Source: Cladosporium halotolerans (lineage: Eukaryota). From it: a stretch of DNA of 64,000 bases. The stretch lies in assembly GCF_011745625.1 (NCBI RefSeq), contig NW_027191452.1, forward strand, positions 62,001 through 126,000, in the 5' to 3' direction. The position numbers were made by a program, and so were the translations under genes. A model generated the notes under the pieces. That model saw only the letters and a list, made by a program, of their open reading frames with translations, searched no databases and was not told the origin of the DNA. Shown here piece after piece: positions 33,862 to 47,011 of this stretch (position 1 is its first letter; each line of letters begins with the position of its first letter).

Positions 33862-34872
33862 GATGGATGGTAGTCAAGGTAGGAGAATGAAGATATCACC
33901 TTCCAGTGCAAGTGGTGATATCGATGTGCCATATGTTAATTTAGATATCATGGCGTCGATGGGATTCACGGCATTTAGCCTGAGTTCACCATGCGTGATC
34001 TACATCTGCATGCGAGCCGTCAAGCCATACTTCTCCGCACATGGGGTAAGCTGGGGAAGATTGGGGTAAACGTGATTTCTATCAGACAAAAGACGGCACA
34101 CAAGCATCTCGTCTGCCACCACGGGTGCTTGATCCGTGCTTGCCGGCCCATAAGACTGACTTGCCGTCAGCAGGACTTCCTGTCCAGTGCTAGCTCGCTG
34201 ATCCTTCAAGGCTTCTTTCTCGGCTATAATGAGCATGCAGGATTCCACCTTTTTACAGAGCCGCGATGGCTAGCAGCATGTTGGCTCATGTGAGAGGAGT
34301 CGGAGTGAAGAGATGCCGAGTTATCCGCCGGTCTGTCTCAGAGCCGGATAAGTTCAAGCAAGAGCAATGAGCTGCGATGGGTGCCGAATTGTCTTAACAT
34401 AGCGGCCACTGTCTGTGAAATCCATGTTTCATCGTACGCAAACCGTGGTTTGTGCAGGCAGTGACAGTCACGGTGCGTGAGCATCAGGGTTGGCTCAGGT
34501 CAGTGATCATCCAGTTTCCAGCATCAAACACCGGATCACAATGCATAAATGATGATCTCCCGGCCACTCAGCGGACGAGCGCCCCTTTGAGTGTTTTTGA
34601 AATTGTGGCAAGGTATCGGGTGATGAGAAAACACGCCCGCTGGATTCGTGAGACAATGGCGACGCGTCCAGAATTGCCAAGGCACGTGTGCCCAACATCT
34701 CAGCTTCTCCTCGCGTCAAACCCAGACGCATTCATCATTCTACATTATTCATCACATCGCTGACCAAGTGACGCTATAGTTTGATGAGAGGTGTAACAAA
34801 TTTCATACAATTGGTATCTTACGCTGTCGCTAGTACGCTATCAAAGACAAAAGGCTCAGCAGAAACAACATC

Positions 34873-36216
34873 CTAACGCTTCCACTGTGAACCCGACGCA
34901 CCAGCAGCACTCCCTGACGCCGACCACGAGTTCGCCGCCTGCGAGCCATCCCACTGACCATTGTCCCAGTTGCCCTGGTTGCCGTGCCACATACCATCGT
35001 CGCCATCCCACTGAGTGGACTTGCCGGCGTTCGCAGCGGTATTCGCGTTCGCGGTGTTGGCATTGGCCGCCGTCGACGAGTCGGTCTGACTACTCTGGCT
35101 AGCGGAGCCATCAATGTGAGCAAGAGGTGACCAACCAGTCTCGCCGTCGAGATCGCAGTTGTGGTTAGCGGTCACCCAGCCTGTCAAACGGTTCGCGATG
35201 TCAGATGCGTAGCATTTCGTGCAGCAGCCTTTGCCCAGGTCGCCTGAGGGGTCGACGGAGCCACCGTTGTACATTCTGGATGCTCGATAGTATTGCGCGG
35301 CGCCGGAACCCTTTGCTTTGTCGTGTCTATTGTGGTCTGGTCAGCAGGGTGCTTGCGGCACTTCCACCTCATTGATCGGACTCACACTTGCTTCAACCCA
35401 TCTCCGTGATCGGTACCTGAGACGCCATCCGTAATCATCTGTTTGATCGTGGAGTCGGGACAAGGGTCTTGCATGTCTCCCTCTTCGTTGCAGCTCCCTA
35501 TACCGTTGTGTGTCTGTGGGCCAAGCCGGTCAGCCACCACTCCGAAAGGCGTATCTCAAATGTTTGACAAGCTTACCTGCATCAATCCAGGATTATGAAT
35601 CTGGTCACCGGGTGACGATGTGGACTTTGCTCGCACACAACCCTTCGACTCTTGCATCTGTCAAGCGAGTCAGTCTCAAATCTGCTGGCGTTGCTCTAGA
35701 GTCACGACGACTTACCATGATCGCGAGAATAAACCTCTGATCCAGCCCACTCTCCTTCGACTCCGCCGCGATCGCCTCCAGAATACCATCCTGCTCATCA
35801 GCCGTCGGATTCGGAACACCCGAGTACCCAAGTGCGTCACACGATTTATTGATCAGGATCTCATTCTGCTCCCACCTGGTCGAACCAATCAGCAAAGAGC
35901 CCATGAATGGCGTCTTGGATTTAATTCGTTCCACTCACATGCTGTAGAAATCCACCCACTGGTCCATGCCAGGCCAGCCCTTCTCGCCATCGCCGGAGTA
36001 CATGGTGTAGGTGTCGTTACCCTTGTGCAGGGCGCCCGGCGGCACCATGGACTTCTGCGAGGTGCCGTTGCCGGCGGCGACGGACGAGTCTGAGCCCGGC
36101 TGCATGGAGATGAAGCCTAGGGGGAAGGCGGCCTTCATGAGCTGAGAGAGGCGTTAGCAATGGTGTACAATGCAGGCAAAGTAGGCGGAGGTGGGACGTA
36201 CGGATGAGACACCCAT
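34873..36216 (-). CDS. Lysozyme-like/SLT-fold (muramidase-type) protein with a Trp/Gly/Asn-rich tail, 6 exons
   Basis: Spliced reading gives [49 protein letters not shown] (catalytic ES, GLMQ and YN motifs). Confidence 0.8.
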
Positions 36217-37152
36217 GATGCGGGCTAGGCTTCACGTCAGATGGGTGGGAATTCCTGCTTGCTTTGTGGGAGAGTTGTGGTGCGCTGGTACAATAGGGGT
36301 GTGTTGTGAGGTGGGAAAGTGGATGTACGGATGGAGTGGATTCGATCCCGGAGGCGCTGCATGATGCCGCCACGATCATATATATCTTCCTCGCCCAGGC
36401 TCGGCGACCGTTGGGTTGCCAGAGCCAACGGTCTGGGGAGTGTCAAGTTGCTACTTCGACGAGACTGTCTTGCGGGCTGAGACACGGCGTCGCGAAGTGG
36501 CGATCTCTGAAGCAAAGTGTCTATCGCTAGAAGCGATTACCAAAAGTGGGAGAAGGCATCTTACCATCCATCAGCGCACAACACATGGATCCCAAAGTGA
36601 GCATCAACCCTTCCGAAGCGTGTTAATCTGCATTCCCAAACGGCATATGCAAATGGGACGATGCCCCACATGGCAAACCTGCAAGCCATGCATCTAAGAC
36701 AACAACGGTCGCCGTTGCTGTAGTGCCGAAGTGCGCACGCACATAGGCACGCCTCCCAACGGGCAAACGGCTTTATCGACGCCACTATTGAAACGGTCAA
36801 GTCTCTTCAGCTACGCATGTTCTACGACTTCTGATAGTTAGTATTGCAAATACAACCAGGTGAAGGCATCATCGTTCGCCGTGATACGAGGTTGATAAAA
36901 TGATCGCCATTTGAATTCAAAGTCCGCATACCGTCTAAGGTACCCAGATTGAACTCAGAGCTTCAATTCGAGGCTCAGAGTAAACCAAATAGGGTTGCCA
37001 CTAGGAAACCTAGAACTACACACTTCCTCTCCAATCGGCTAGTCGCTCAGCCATTGTCACGCCAAACCTCGCAACCATGCTCCATTACGCCAACGCCAAT
37101 GACCAAACTCGTCACTGTGCACAATAGACCAAGCTTGAAATTTGCACTACAA

Positions 37153-39125
37153 TCAGGAACCCTTCGCCGGGCCAGGATACGCACAAGCCTTGCTCCACTC
37201 TCCAACCGGCTCGTCTCTGCAAACCATGCGGCGCATGAGAGTCGCCGTACCCGGCGCAAGGGTGGTGCCGTGCTTGCCAAAGCCGTAGGCGACATAGATA
37301 CCCAGCGGGTTGTTGTCGACTCCCTCGAAGCGAGAATCGACGATTTTGGATGGGATTTTGCCAATGATGGGGAGGTTGTTGTTCGCCGTGCTGATCAGAG
37401 CGCGACCTTCAGTGAAATTGTCGTCGTGGAAGCGCTCAATCACTGCCGTCGCTAGCATCTTGGCCCTGGAAGACTCGTTCTCTTCGATGATATTTTGAGA
37501 CCGAGCAGAGGTGCGAATGACGCCCGCAGCTTTGCGCTTCCGGCTGATAGCGGCAACTAGAATCTCCCGAGAGCGAGGCTGAGCAGCGGCGATTGCACCT
37601 TCGCCGTCTGCGGTGTTGCGGAGCAAAAGCCCGGTGTTATCGTAGCTGCGGATGTTGATGCGCGGAATGCGGATCCAGTCGTAGTATTGGCTGTTGTTCT
37701 CAGGTTGATCAGTCCAAGGCAGCAGCTGACGGAGAACTTCCGTCGTCCATGGACCCGCCGCGACGATGAGGTTGTTGCATTGGATGTCGGCGCTGCGCTT
37801 GTCTCCGTCCAAGGAGCTACCGATTTGGGCACTGAGCAATTGGGCTCTCTTGGTTTTGTCGAAGGTCACAACTTCTTGATGAAACCGGAACTTGACTCCA
37901 AGCTCCATGCATTCCTCGTAGAGCCACCTGTTGTGATGGCGCGATGAACTATTCGAGTTGGTCAGCAATTATTCAGAACGGATGCTAAGCCCTGGTGCCT
38001 TCGGTCGAGCGGGGGCGAAGTCAATGATCTCACTTACATCTTGCCAACGTCGCCTGCATGCGACCTGAAAATATCCTTCGGCCGGACAGCGTACCAGGAA
38101 GGCGGTTCAGCATTGTGTTCGCGCCGGTCGGGTGTCTTGATCTTGGCATGAACAACGCTATCCGGTTGAAACCGGAACTCCTGCCTCATTCCTTCATTCT
38201 CCACCAAGTCCCTCCATGCGGCCAAGCTCAAGTCGAGCAACGAGCCGAGACCCTCAGGCAAGCCGTGTTTCGTTATCAGTCCAGCACAATCATGCGATGC
38301 CAGCTCAGCCTCGTTGTCTCGAGTCTCGACGACCACGATCTCGTGAGCTGTATTGGTGTGCGAAACAGCAGCAGCCAGTTCGCGAGCGATCGCCAATCCG
38401 ATGACACCAGCGCCAATGATTACAGTTGTCTTATTGTGCAGATGATCGATGCGGGATTGCAAAGAGTCCTTGCGCGATGCAGCATCATGATTGTGAGGGT
38501 GATCTGTCACGAGATCAAAGTCATCGACGAAGGGATCTTCCCAAACTGCATCGTTTTGCTTTGTTCTGTCGAGGTCATGCCAGGCATCGTCATCAAGACT
38601 AGTCAAGCTCGACGTAGCTGTCGCAAACGCACGTTCGTCTTCGCGGCTGTCGAGTTTCGCCTTCTTCGGTACTGGACCCTCCTGATCGCTCGGAGACAGT
38701 GTAGCCTCTCGCTTCTGGCGATTTTCCTCCGCGATCATCGCCCTCATTCGATTACTCCTAGCTTCAACTGCAGCCATCCATGGACCCGGGTAAGAATTTG
38801 AGTGCCAGCAGCCTTCGAGGTTCTGCGCTTCGCCTTCGAACATATGCTCACCGTAGTCGTTGTAACGATCGCCGTTCCAGCAATCAGGGCATATGCGCTT
38901 GTTGCATTCGCAGCATGTGACGCACCACCTGGTCCCAGCCAAGCTATGGCTGCAAGTCTTGCATTTCGCAGTCTGCTTGTTGTGCTCGATCCTCCACTCG
39001 TTGCCATATCCAGGTGGACGGTCGGTGTTAGGGTCAGGAGGAGCCCCCGCGCGGTGGCACTTCTGGTTAGGAAGCTTCACCTTGGGTGGCGGTGGCGGTG
39101 GCGGCATGTCGTTCCGCGAAGACAT
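37153..39125 (-). CDS. Cys-rich Zn-finger-like N-terminus fused to an FAD-dependent oxidoreductase (DAO/Tda3-like)
   Basis: CKTC..CCECNKRICPDC; VIIGAGVIGLAIARELA (GxGxxG); LIVAAGPWT; YVAYGFGKHGTTLAPGTA; intron 37949-38037 joins the ORFs in frame. Confidence 0.75.
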
Positions 39126-40720
39126 GCCGATGACGGTGCTGCAGGTAGTTGATGGATGAGGTTGATGTTAGTCGCAAAGAGTGGAAAGGATACTAGCGGG
39201 TATGACTGCGGGAACAGTAAAGATGTGAGGTTGAAGCCGATGTTGATGTCGTGTTTGTGTCTGACTTGGTATGTGGGTATACGGGCTAAGCGGGTTTTGT
39301 GTGTGGCAGGGAGGAAGGAGGCAGCGACGGCGTGGTTCCTTCCCTTTGTGGACCGGCTTGAAGTGACCGCACATCGGAAGGAGTTTGCTCGAAGGCCGTG
39401 GCAACCCGCGTTCATATGGTGAATGAAGTTCTTTGAGCTCATGTCACTGTCAGCCGCTCACGCTTACATTTGCCCTACCTTCAACTTCACAATTCACATG
39501 AAGCTGTGGTGTCGCACGTTTCGCGAACAGCATTCTCAGATATCTTTGCTGAGAGCAACAAAGATGAACGGTGCGACTGTGCTGCTCAAAATGCCAGAGG
39601 AAGCCGTGTCTTGCGTACAATGACACCCGAGACAGCACACGCATTCTCACATGGCGGACCATGTGAGCCTCACAGATCTGAAGCCTACCGTTCTTTTGAC
39701 ATGGTCATGAAGCCAGTCCCGATGTTTGGAACTCCTGGTCATGAGATTCTGCGTCCTCCAACCGTGGAAGGTGTGGCATATTTGGGCAACCTTCTGCCGA
39801 AAATCCTAATCCCCAATCTTCGGGTGCCGCTGGCTGCATTTCGCGTTTCGCAACGCATACTTTCATCAGTCGCAGTGTCTTTTTTGATCATAGACTGATG
39901 TCTTTCTCCGTCACGCTCGTGGCCTGAGGCGTGAAGTCCGCGTGAAGTCCTGCTGAATGGTTGAGAATGAGGCGGGCCGAATGCACGTGCAGTCAACGCT
40001 TCGCGAAGGAATGACAGCTCTTAAAAATCGTGGTAATTGTGGGCGTCCGCGTCGAAAACGGTCTGTGGCAGTGAACCATTCATACAGTCGACAGAGAGCG
40101 AGTGAAGCAAGCACACTGTGCCAGCAGCGCCTTTGACTCGCCGAAGGCTGGAATAGACTTGAGCGACGAAGCCTCGTCGTCATATGTCCGAACACATGTT
40201 CTCTGGCTCGCCGATGTGGAGGCACCCTAGATTTCCCGCAACGGCTCGCCAGCCGACGGTGCTGCGGAGAGACGGTGGGGCCAATTGGCCAGCATCCTTC
40301 CCAATCGAGCGTGGCATGGAGAGAGAGCCTGGAGATACACTTGGCCTTCCCAGGTTGTGCGGTACGACGCGGTGGTGGTAACAAAGTCTGGATCACGTCA
40401 CTTTCTAGCGTGCGAAGTGCATGGAGCTTGGTGGAAGAGTCCAAGCTCATTGGTTGCGACACACGTGGGCCTCTACCTCTCTTCCTCAACCTCCAGAACA
40501 CAGACTCGACGTCGCAGTTCAATCCTCGCAGACCAGGACCCATCGTCGCGCAAAGCATCCCTCGCACGTGACACATTGCCGCTTTCGTTGGCGCCGGGAG
40601 AGTGGGCAGGCGCTAAAAGTCTATCACCGCGTCGAGCTGCAGCGGACTGAGCCGCACTAAGGTACGGTCTCGCCACAGAGCTCAACAATCACGACCACCA
40701 CAGCAAGCACAGTATACACG

Positions 40721-43700
40721 ATGCCGGTGCTTGATACCAAGAAGGACCTCTCGGCCCTCTTCTCCCTCCAGGTGCAAGCCACTCCGGATGCCGTGGCGCT
40801 CGAGGACGAGAAGACGACCTACACATATGCCGAGCTGGACCGAAAAGTCGAAGATCTTGCGCATGCACTCCGCAGTCACGGGGTGAAGCGAGACAGCTTA
40901 GTCGGCGTCCTTCTCCCCCGAAGTGCTGACTACATCATCGCATGTCTCGCAGCTCTTCGTGCTGGAGGCGCGTTTCTCGTGCTAGAGCTTGCCTATCCTC
41001 CCGAGCTGTTGACAGACGTCATCGAGGATGCCAGCCCGGCAGTCGTTGTCACATACCGTGCGGAAGTCGGCAAGTTCAAGGAAGGAATCCCGCTTGTCAT
41101 TGTGGATGAGCAGCAGGAGAGCTCGAGCACAGATGCCAATGGCCTGCCTCCTCCGCCTGGAGAGACAGACCTTGATCGTCTAGCATTCGTCGCGTATTCT
41201 TCTGGCACCACTGGCAAGCCCAAAGGCATTGCAAACCCTCATAAAGCCGCCGTGCTTTCATATGACCTCAGATTCGAGCTTTCCGATCTCCAGCCTGGTG
41301 ACAGGGTCGCTGCTAATGTTTTCTTCATTGTATGTTCTATTCTAGAAGATAACGACTATTTGTGCTGACAACTTGACAGTGGGAAATTCTGCGCCCACTC
41401 CTTCGTGGCGCCACCGTGATCGCGGTGCCAGACGAGGTCAGCTATGACCCGTCTGCTTTGGTCAACCTTCTCGCTGCCAAGCGTACGACTGAGACTCTCA
41501 TGACCCCGACCTTACTGGCCGCCGTACTCACTCGCCATCCGGAGCTTGGCCAGCGTCTCCCTGACCTCAAAACTCTCTGGCTCAACGGCGAAGTCGTTAC
41601 CACAGATCTTGCGCGCCGCGCCATGGAGGCTCTGCCCAATGCTCGCCTCCTCAACGTGTACAGCTGCTGCGAGACTCACGAGGTTGCTTGCGGCGACATC
41701 AAGTCTATGTTCGACGTGAACCAGCAGTACGTTCCTGTTGGCCCTCCTGTAGATCCTAAGCACATCTACATTCTTGACGACAGCGGTCAAAGGGTCGAGG
41801 ACGGCACCAGCGGCGAGCTTTATGTCGGTGGCAAATTGCTTGCGCGAGGCTATCTCAATCGACCAGACACCACCGCAAAGGCTTTCACCCCGGATCAGTT
41901 CGATTCGTCCACTGGAAGCAGGATGTACCGCACAGGCGATCTTGCCCGCCTTCTTCCTTCCGGAAATCTGGAGATTACTGGACGTGTCGGCGCAATGATC
42001 AAGCTGCGTGGATACTCGGTCGTTCCTGGCAAGGTCGAGAACGCTATCGCATCGAATCTCGCTGTTAGGCAATGCGCCGTGATCGCACACGGAGATGGCC
42101 TCGACCGCCAGCTGGTCGCATACTTCGTGCGCGATAGCGACAAGTCTGAAGAACGTCCGTCGTTCGAAATCGACGAGTCTGGCTACTCTCCTTCAGCGAG
42201 ACGCGCGCTTTCGGACTACCTGGCGCATTACATGATTCCCGCGCTTTGGGTCGAACTGGACAAACTACCGACACACGAAGTCTCCGGCAAGGCCGACCTC
42301 AAGAACCTGCCTCCACCACCGAAGCCTGCCAACAGCACGGGCAAGCAGGAGCCTGCCGCAGAGAAAGACCCCATTGACACAGATGCAGTCGCTGAGGTCT
42401 GGGCGGCTACTCTCAACATCTCGCGTAGCTCCATTACGCCCGAACACAGCTTCTTCGATCTGGGCGGCCACTCTCTATCTCTGGCAGACCTGTCGTCAAG
42501 ACTGTCCAGGAACTTCGGTTTCCGTGTACCCGTCGCACGCCTTGCCGATCCGACCACGCTCAACGGACACCTTCAGACTATTCGTGCCGTCAGAGATGGC
42601 CAGATTGCCGAGGTGCAGTCGGACTTGCCTGCCGCCCTTCGCAAGGACACCGTGCTCGACCAGGACATGCAGCCTATCGCCGGAACCAGGATGCAGGGCG
42701 TGAAGAACGCCGACACTGTATTCCTGACGGGTGCCACTGGTTTCCTTGGAGCCTTCTTGCTGCATGACCTCCTCGAGAACACCTCCGCTCAGATCGTCTG
42801 TCTCGTCCGTTTCAGCGACCCGTCTGAAGCCGATGTCCCCTCAGGCATTGCGCGTATTCGTCGCAACCTGATCGACCTCGGTCTGTGGCGCGACTCCATC
42901 ATGGAGCGCGTCGAGATCTTGCCGGGTAACTTGTCCCGTAAGAGACTTGGCCTCTCTGTCAAGGCTTTCGACGAGCTCGCCGCTCGCACCCAGGTCATCA
43001 TTCACGCCGCTGCGACCGTGAACTTGGTCTACCCGTACGCCGCACTGCGTTCTGCCAATGTTGGCGGTACCCGCGAGATTCTGCGTCTTGCTTGCAAGGG
43101 TGGCGCTACCCTCCAGTACGTCTCGACCAACGGTGTTCTTCCGCCGTCGCCTTCGGGCAATGGCTGGCCGGAAGACTCCATGCTTTACGTCGATGCAGTG
43201 CCCGAGAAGATCATCGACGGCTATGGCCAGACTAAGTGGGCTGCTGAGCAGCTGGTCCTCGAAGCCGGCCGCCGCGGCCTGCCAGTCCGTATCCTGCGTG
43301 CCGGCACCATCAGCGGCCACAGCGCAACAGGTGCCGCAAACGCCTGGGATCTCTTGACTGCACTATTCGTCGAATCCATCCAGCTCGGCTACAGGCCCGA
43401 CGTCGAAGGCTGGCGCGCCGAAATGACACCCGTCGACTTCGTCGCCAAAGCCATCGTCCACCTCGCCGACCAAACCCAAGCAAAACAGCTCGTCTTCCAC
43501 CTCGGCGACCCCGACCCCGTCGACACGAGCAAAGTCTTCGAAGACCTCAACGAGCTCGGCTACCCGACCAAACCCCTCGAGTTCAACGAATGGGTCAACC
43601 TGTGGACCGAAAAGCGCGGCTCCGTCAAAGGCGGCGACGGCGCCTTCACCATCGACATCCTGCGCAGCGGCATGCCCAGCGTGGATTTCCTCACCGGCAT

Positions 43701-44613
43701 CGTCGTCCTCAACAACGCCCAGACCCGCCCCTTCCGCGCCATCGTCGAGCGCCCCAAGGTCGACAGCGTCCTCCTCGAAACCTACGCCCGCCACTGGTAC
43801 GCCCGCGGCTGGCTCGCCAAACCCCCGGCCTCCCAGCACGCCCTCGGCGGCACCGCCCACGCCCCCCGCCGCTCCGTCCTGACGGGCAAAGTCGCCGTCA
43901 TCACCGGCGCCTCCTCCGGCATCGGCGCCGCCGTCGCGACCGCCCTGGCCCGCGAGGGCTGCCACATCGCGCTCGGCGCGCGCCGCGTCGACGCCCTCGA
44001 GAAAGTCAAGCGCCGCCTCGCCGTTCGCGAAGGCAAAGTGATCATCCGCAAGACCGACGTGACCTCCCCCGAGAGCGTCGAGGCGCTCGTCGCGGCCGCC
44101 GAGGCCGAGCTCGGCCCCGTCGACATCCTCGTCTCCGTCGCGGGCGTCATGTACTTCGCCATGATGGCCAACACGGACCTGGCGCAGTGGTCGCAGACCG
44201 TCGACGTCAACTGCAAGGGCCTGCTGCACTGCCTGTCCGCCGTGGTACCCTCCATGCTCAGCCGCGGAGCGGGCCACATCGTCGCCGTGTCCTCCGACGC
44301 AGGGCGCAAGACCTTCCCTGGCCTCGGCGTGTACAGCGCGAGCAAGATGTTCGTCGAGGGCGCGCTGCAGGCTCTTCGCTTGGAAACCGCCGGCAAAGGA
44401 TTGAGGGTCACGAGCTTGCAGCCCGGCAACGTGGCGACGGATTTGTTGGGCATGAGCACGGATGCCGAGGCGCTGAAGTTGTACGGCGAGCCGTCGGGCG
44501 CGAAGGTGCTGGAGCCGGAGGATGTCGCGGGCGCGATTGTGTATGCGCTCAAGCAGCCGGAGCATGTGGCTGTCAATGAGGTGTTGGTTGAGCCGAGGGA
44601 TGAGCCGATTTAG
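40721..44613 (+). CDS. ATRR: NRPS-like A-T-R-R enzyme, glycine betaine reductase (ATRR)
   Basis: A domain (YSSGTTGKPKG, YRTGD), T domain (FFDLGGHSL), thioester reductase (LTGATGFLG, GYGQTKW) and C-terminal SDR (ITGASSGIG, YSASK); intron ~41330-41379. Confidence 0.9.
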
Positions 44614-45210
44614 AAGGATAGGATTGGTGGAAGATTCGGCATACAGAGGGTGCTCTTGGGGCTGTGGATTGAAGTAATGGGAAGGGGGATCGGAGGGGGA
44701 AGACATATACATACGGATGCATGGTTTTGAGCACATACATGTTGTGAATATACGAGCACGATACATGTTGTTTTACTGGCTATTCCGCCTTTGCCTTCGG
44801 TTCCTGCATCGGTTCTTGTCATCACTCGGATAATAAAGGCTGGTATGAGGTTGAGACTGATGGTGATTGGACCGGGAAGCCCCGGCGCTAGCTGCGGGCT
44901 TCTATTATGGACTATTGTAATTGATTCGAACCTGAGCTGAGCTGAGCTGGTCTACTTTGGACCAGGATCATCTAATACGAGCAACCCCCGCGGCATTTTG
45001 TTGGAGGATCTCGAGGCATTGAAATAGAACGCTGCCCATACGATCAAACAAAAGAGTCAGTGCTGCCATGGTGTGCACGAAGTAGATTCGCGAAAAAAAA
45101 AAGAGAAGAGGCTCTACGAAACGCTCGAATAGATCCCATAAACCGTCCCATCATCCAAATCCAAACTCCAACTCTTCTCTCTCCTCTCACTCGAAACAAA
45201 AAGAATTCAA

Positions 45211-47011
45211 TCACCAACCCCCCACCTCCTCCAACTGCACCCACAACCCGCCCTTCGGCTTCGACGTGATCCCCCCCTGCACCTCCGGCTCGCCCTGCCC
45301 CTTCGCAAGCTCGCTCCCCTCCTCGAACCGCGTCTCGAAAGTCCCGACCCAAGCCGCAAGCAAGCACGCGAACTCCGCCTGCGCGAACCGCTGCCCGATG
45401 CAGCTCCTGGGGCCGTGCAGGAACGTCAGGAAAGCGTAGTTGCTCTCCGCGCCGCCGCGGTTGTTGGCCGAGCCGTCGGCGTCGAGCCAGCGCTCGGGCT
45501 TGAAGTCGAGCGCGTCGGGGCCCCAGAGCGTCGTGGACGTGTTGATGGCGTAGGGGGAGAGGATGACGTGCGTGTTTTTGGGGATGAAGTGGCCGGCGAG
45601 GGTGGCGTCGTGCGCGGCGATGCGCATGGTGAGGGTCACGGGGGACCAGAGGCGGAGGATCTCGGCGCTGACGGCGTGCAGGTAGTGGCAGCTGTCGAGG
45701 GCGGAGGGGGTTATGGGGTGGTCGAGGGAGGGGAGGTGGGAGCGGATTTCGGCGCGGAGCTTTTGCTGAATGGTCGGGTTGCGGCAGAGGAGGTAGATGC
45801 CCCAGCTGGGAAGGGTTAGTTTTTGGTTGGTCAAGGGGATTGGGGGAAGAGTGTCGCGTACATTAGGGCTGTGGACGTTGTTTCGTGGCCTGCAACGAGG
45901 AAGGTCATCATTTGGTTGACGAGGTCTTCGTCGGAGAAACCGCCGGATTCGAGGGCGACGGAGATGATGTCGATGCCGGTTGTTTTCTTCTCCTCCATTG
46001 CCTGGCGCTTGCCTTTGATGAGGTCACGGCAAGTCCTCTTAATGTATGCCTGTGCTTCCAGGATCTCTTGGTTCTGCAGTGATGTTAGTTCATTGCAATC
46101 AAATACGTTTTGAAGGAAACACTTACCCGCTTGTTAGGAATATTTTTCAAGATCCAGAAAGGAATGAAGAAGCCGGCAATTTGCCAGTACTTGCCACTTC
46201 CCCTACCAAGGCTGAAAACGTTCTGATAGTGCCTATTGAGCTCATTGTTCGGGTTGCTCAACGCGTCAAAATCCCTGCCCATTCCCGCCTTGCCAATAAT
46301 ATCAAGAGTCGCGCGAGAACTCCACTCGCCGACCTCGATGGCACCAGGAGCGTGAGTCGGAGCATCGGCAGCCGCCTTCTCCGGATCAGTCACAGACTTG
46401 CCCAGCTTCTCAGACGAAGGCGCGGTCGACTTCGACACAGCTTTCAGGTGCTCGACCATCTCGCGAGACTTGTCCCAGAAGACAGGGTAGAGGTCTTTGA
46501 CGTGGCGGAAGTTGAAGGCGGGCATGAGGTCCTTCCTCTGCCTCTTGTGCTCGTCGCCCTCGGCGAGCAAGAGCCCGACGCCCAGGATCCGTTCGAGGCT
46601 GTCGCGCACGTGGCCGGGCTTGATGAACTCGTAGTTCTTGGTGACGAGCACCTCGGCCAGAGTCTTGGGGTTCGTGACGAGCACGCGTTGGCGGAACCAG
46701 ACTGAGTAGTAGATCAGGCCGTCATTCGCGACGGTCTCGATCCAGCGCCTCATGGGCCTGCTGGAGGCTTCGCGGAAGACCGCTTTGGTCTGGCCGGTGA
46801 AGAAGTCATTGTCGGATGGAGTGGGTAGGTGGCGGAGAGGGCTGAAGAGCTTGGGATAGATGAAGATGGACCAGGCCAGTTTGGTGAAGACGAGAGCCAG
46901 GAACAGGAGGAAGAAGTTGGAGGCGTAGCCTATCGAGTAGGCGGGGGCGTATGCGCGAGTGAGCACCGATGCGGCGGCGGAGAACAGCAGCAGTTGTGTG
47001 ATGGTCGGCAT
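45211..47011 (-). CDS. Cytochrome P450, 3 exons
   Basis: N-terminal TM; AGHETTS I-helix; EILR; FKPERW; FLHGPRSCIG heme motif; introns ~46075-46125 and ~45806-45859. Confidence 0.95.

Noticed and set aside
43363..44766. 467-aa minus-strand ORF and 329-aa alternative-frame ORF inside ATRR
   Set aside because: Shadow ORFs caused by extreme GC3 bias; no domain features.
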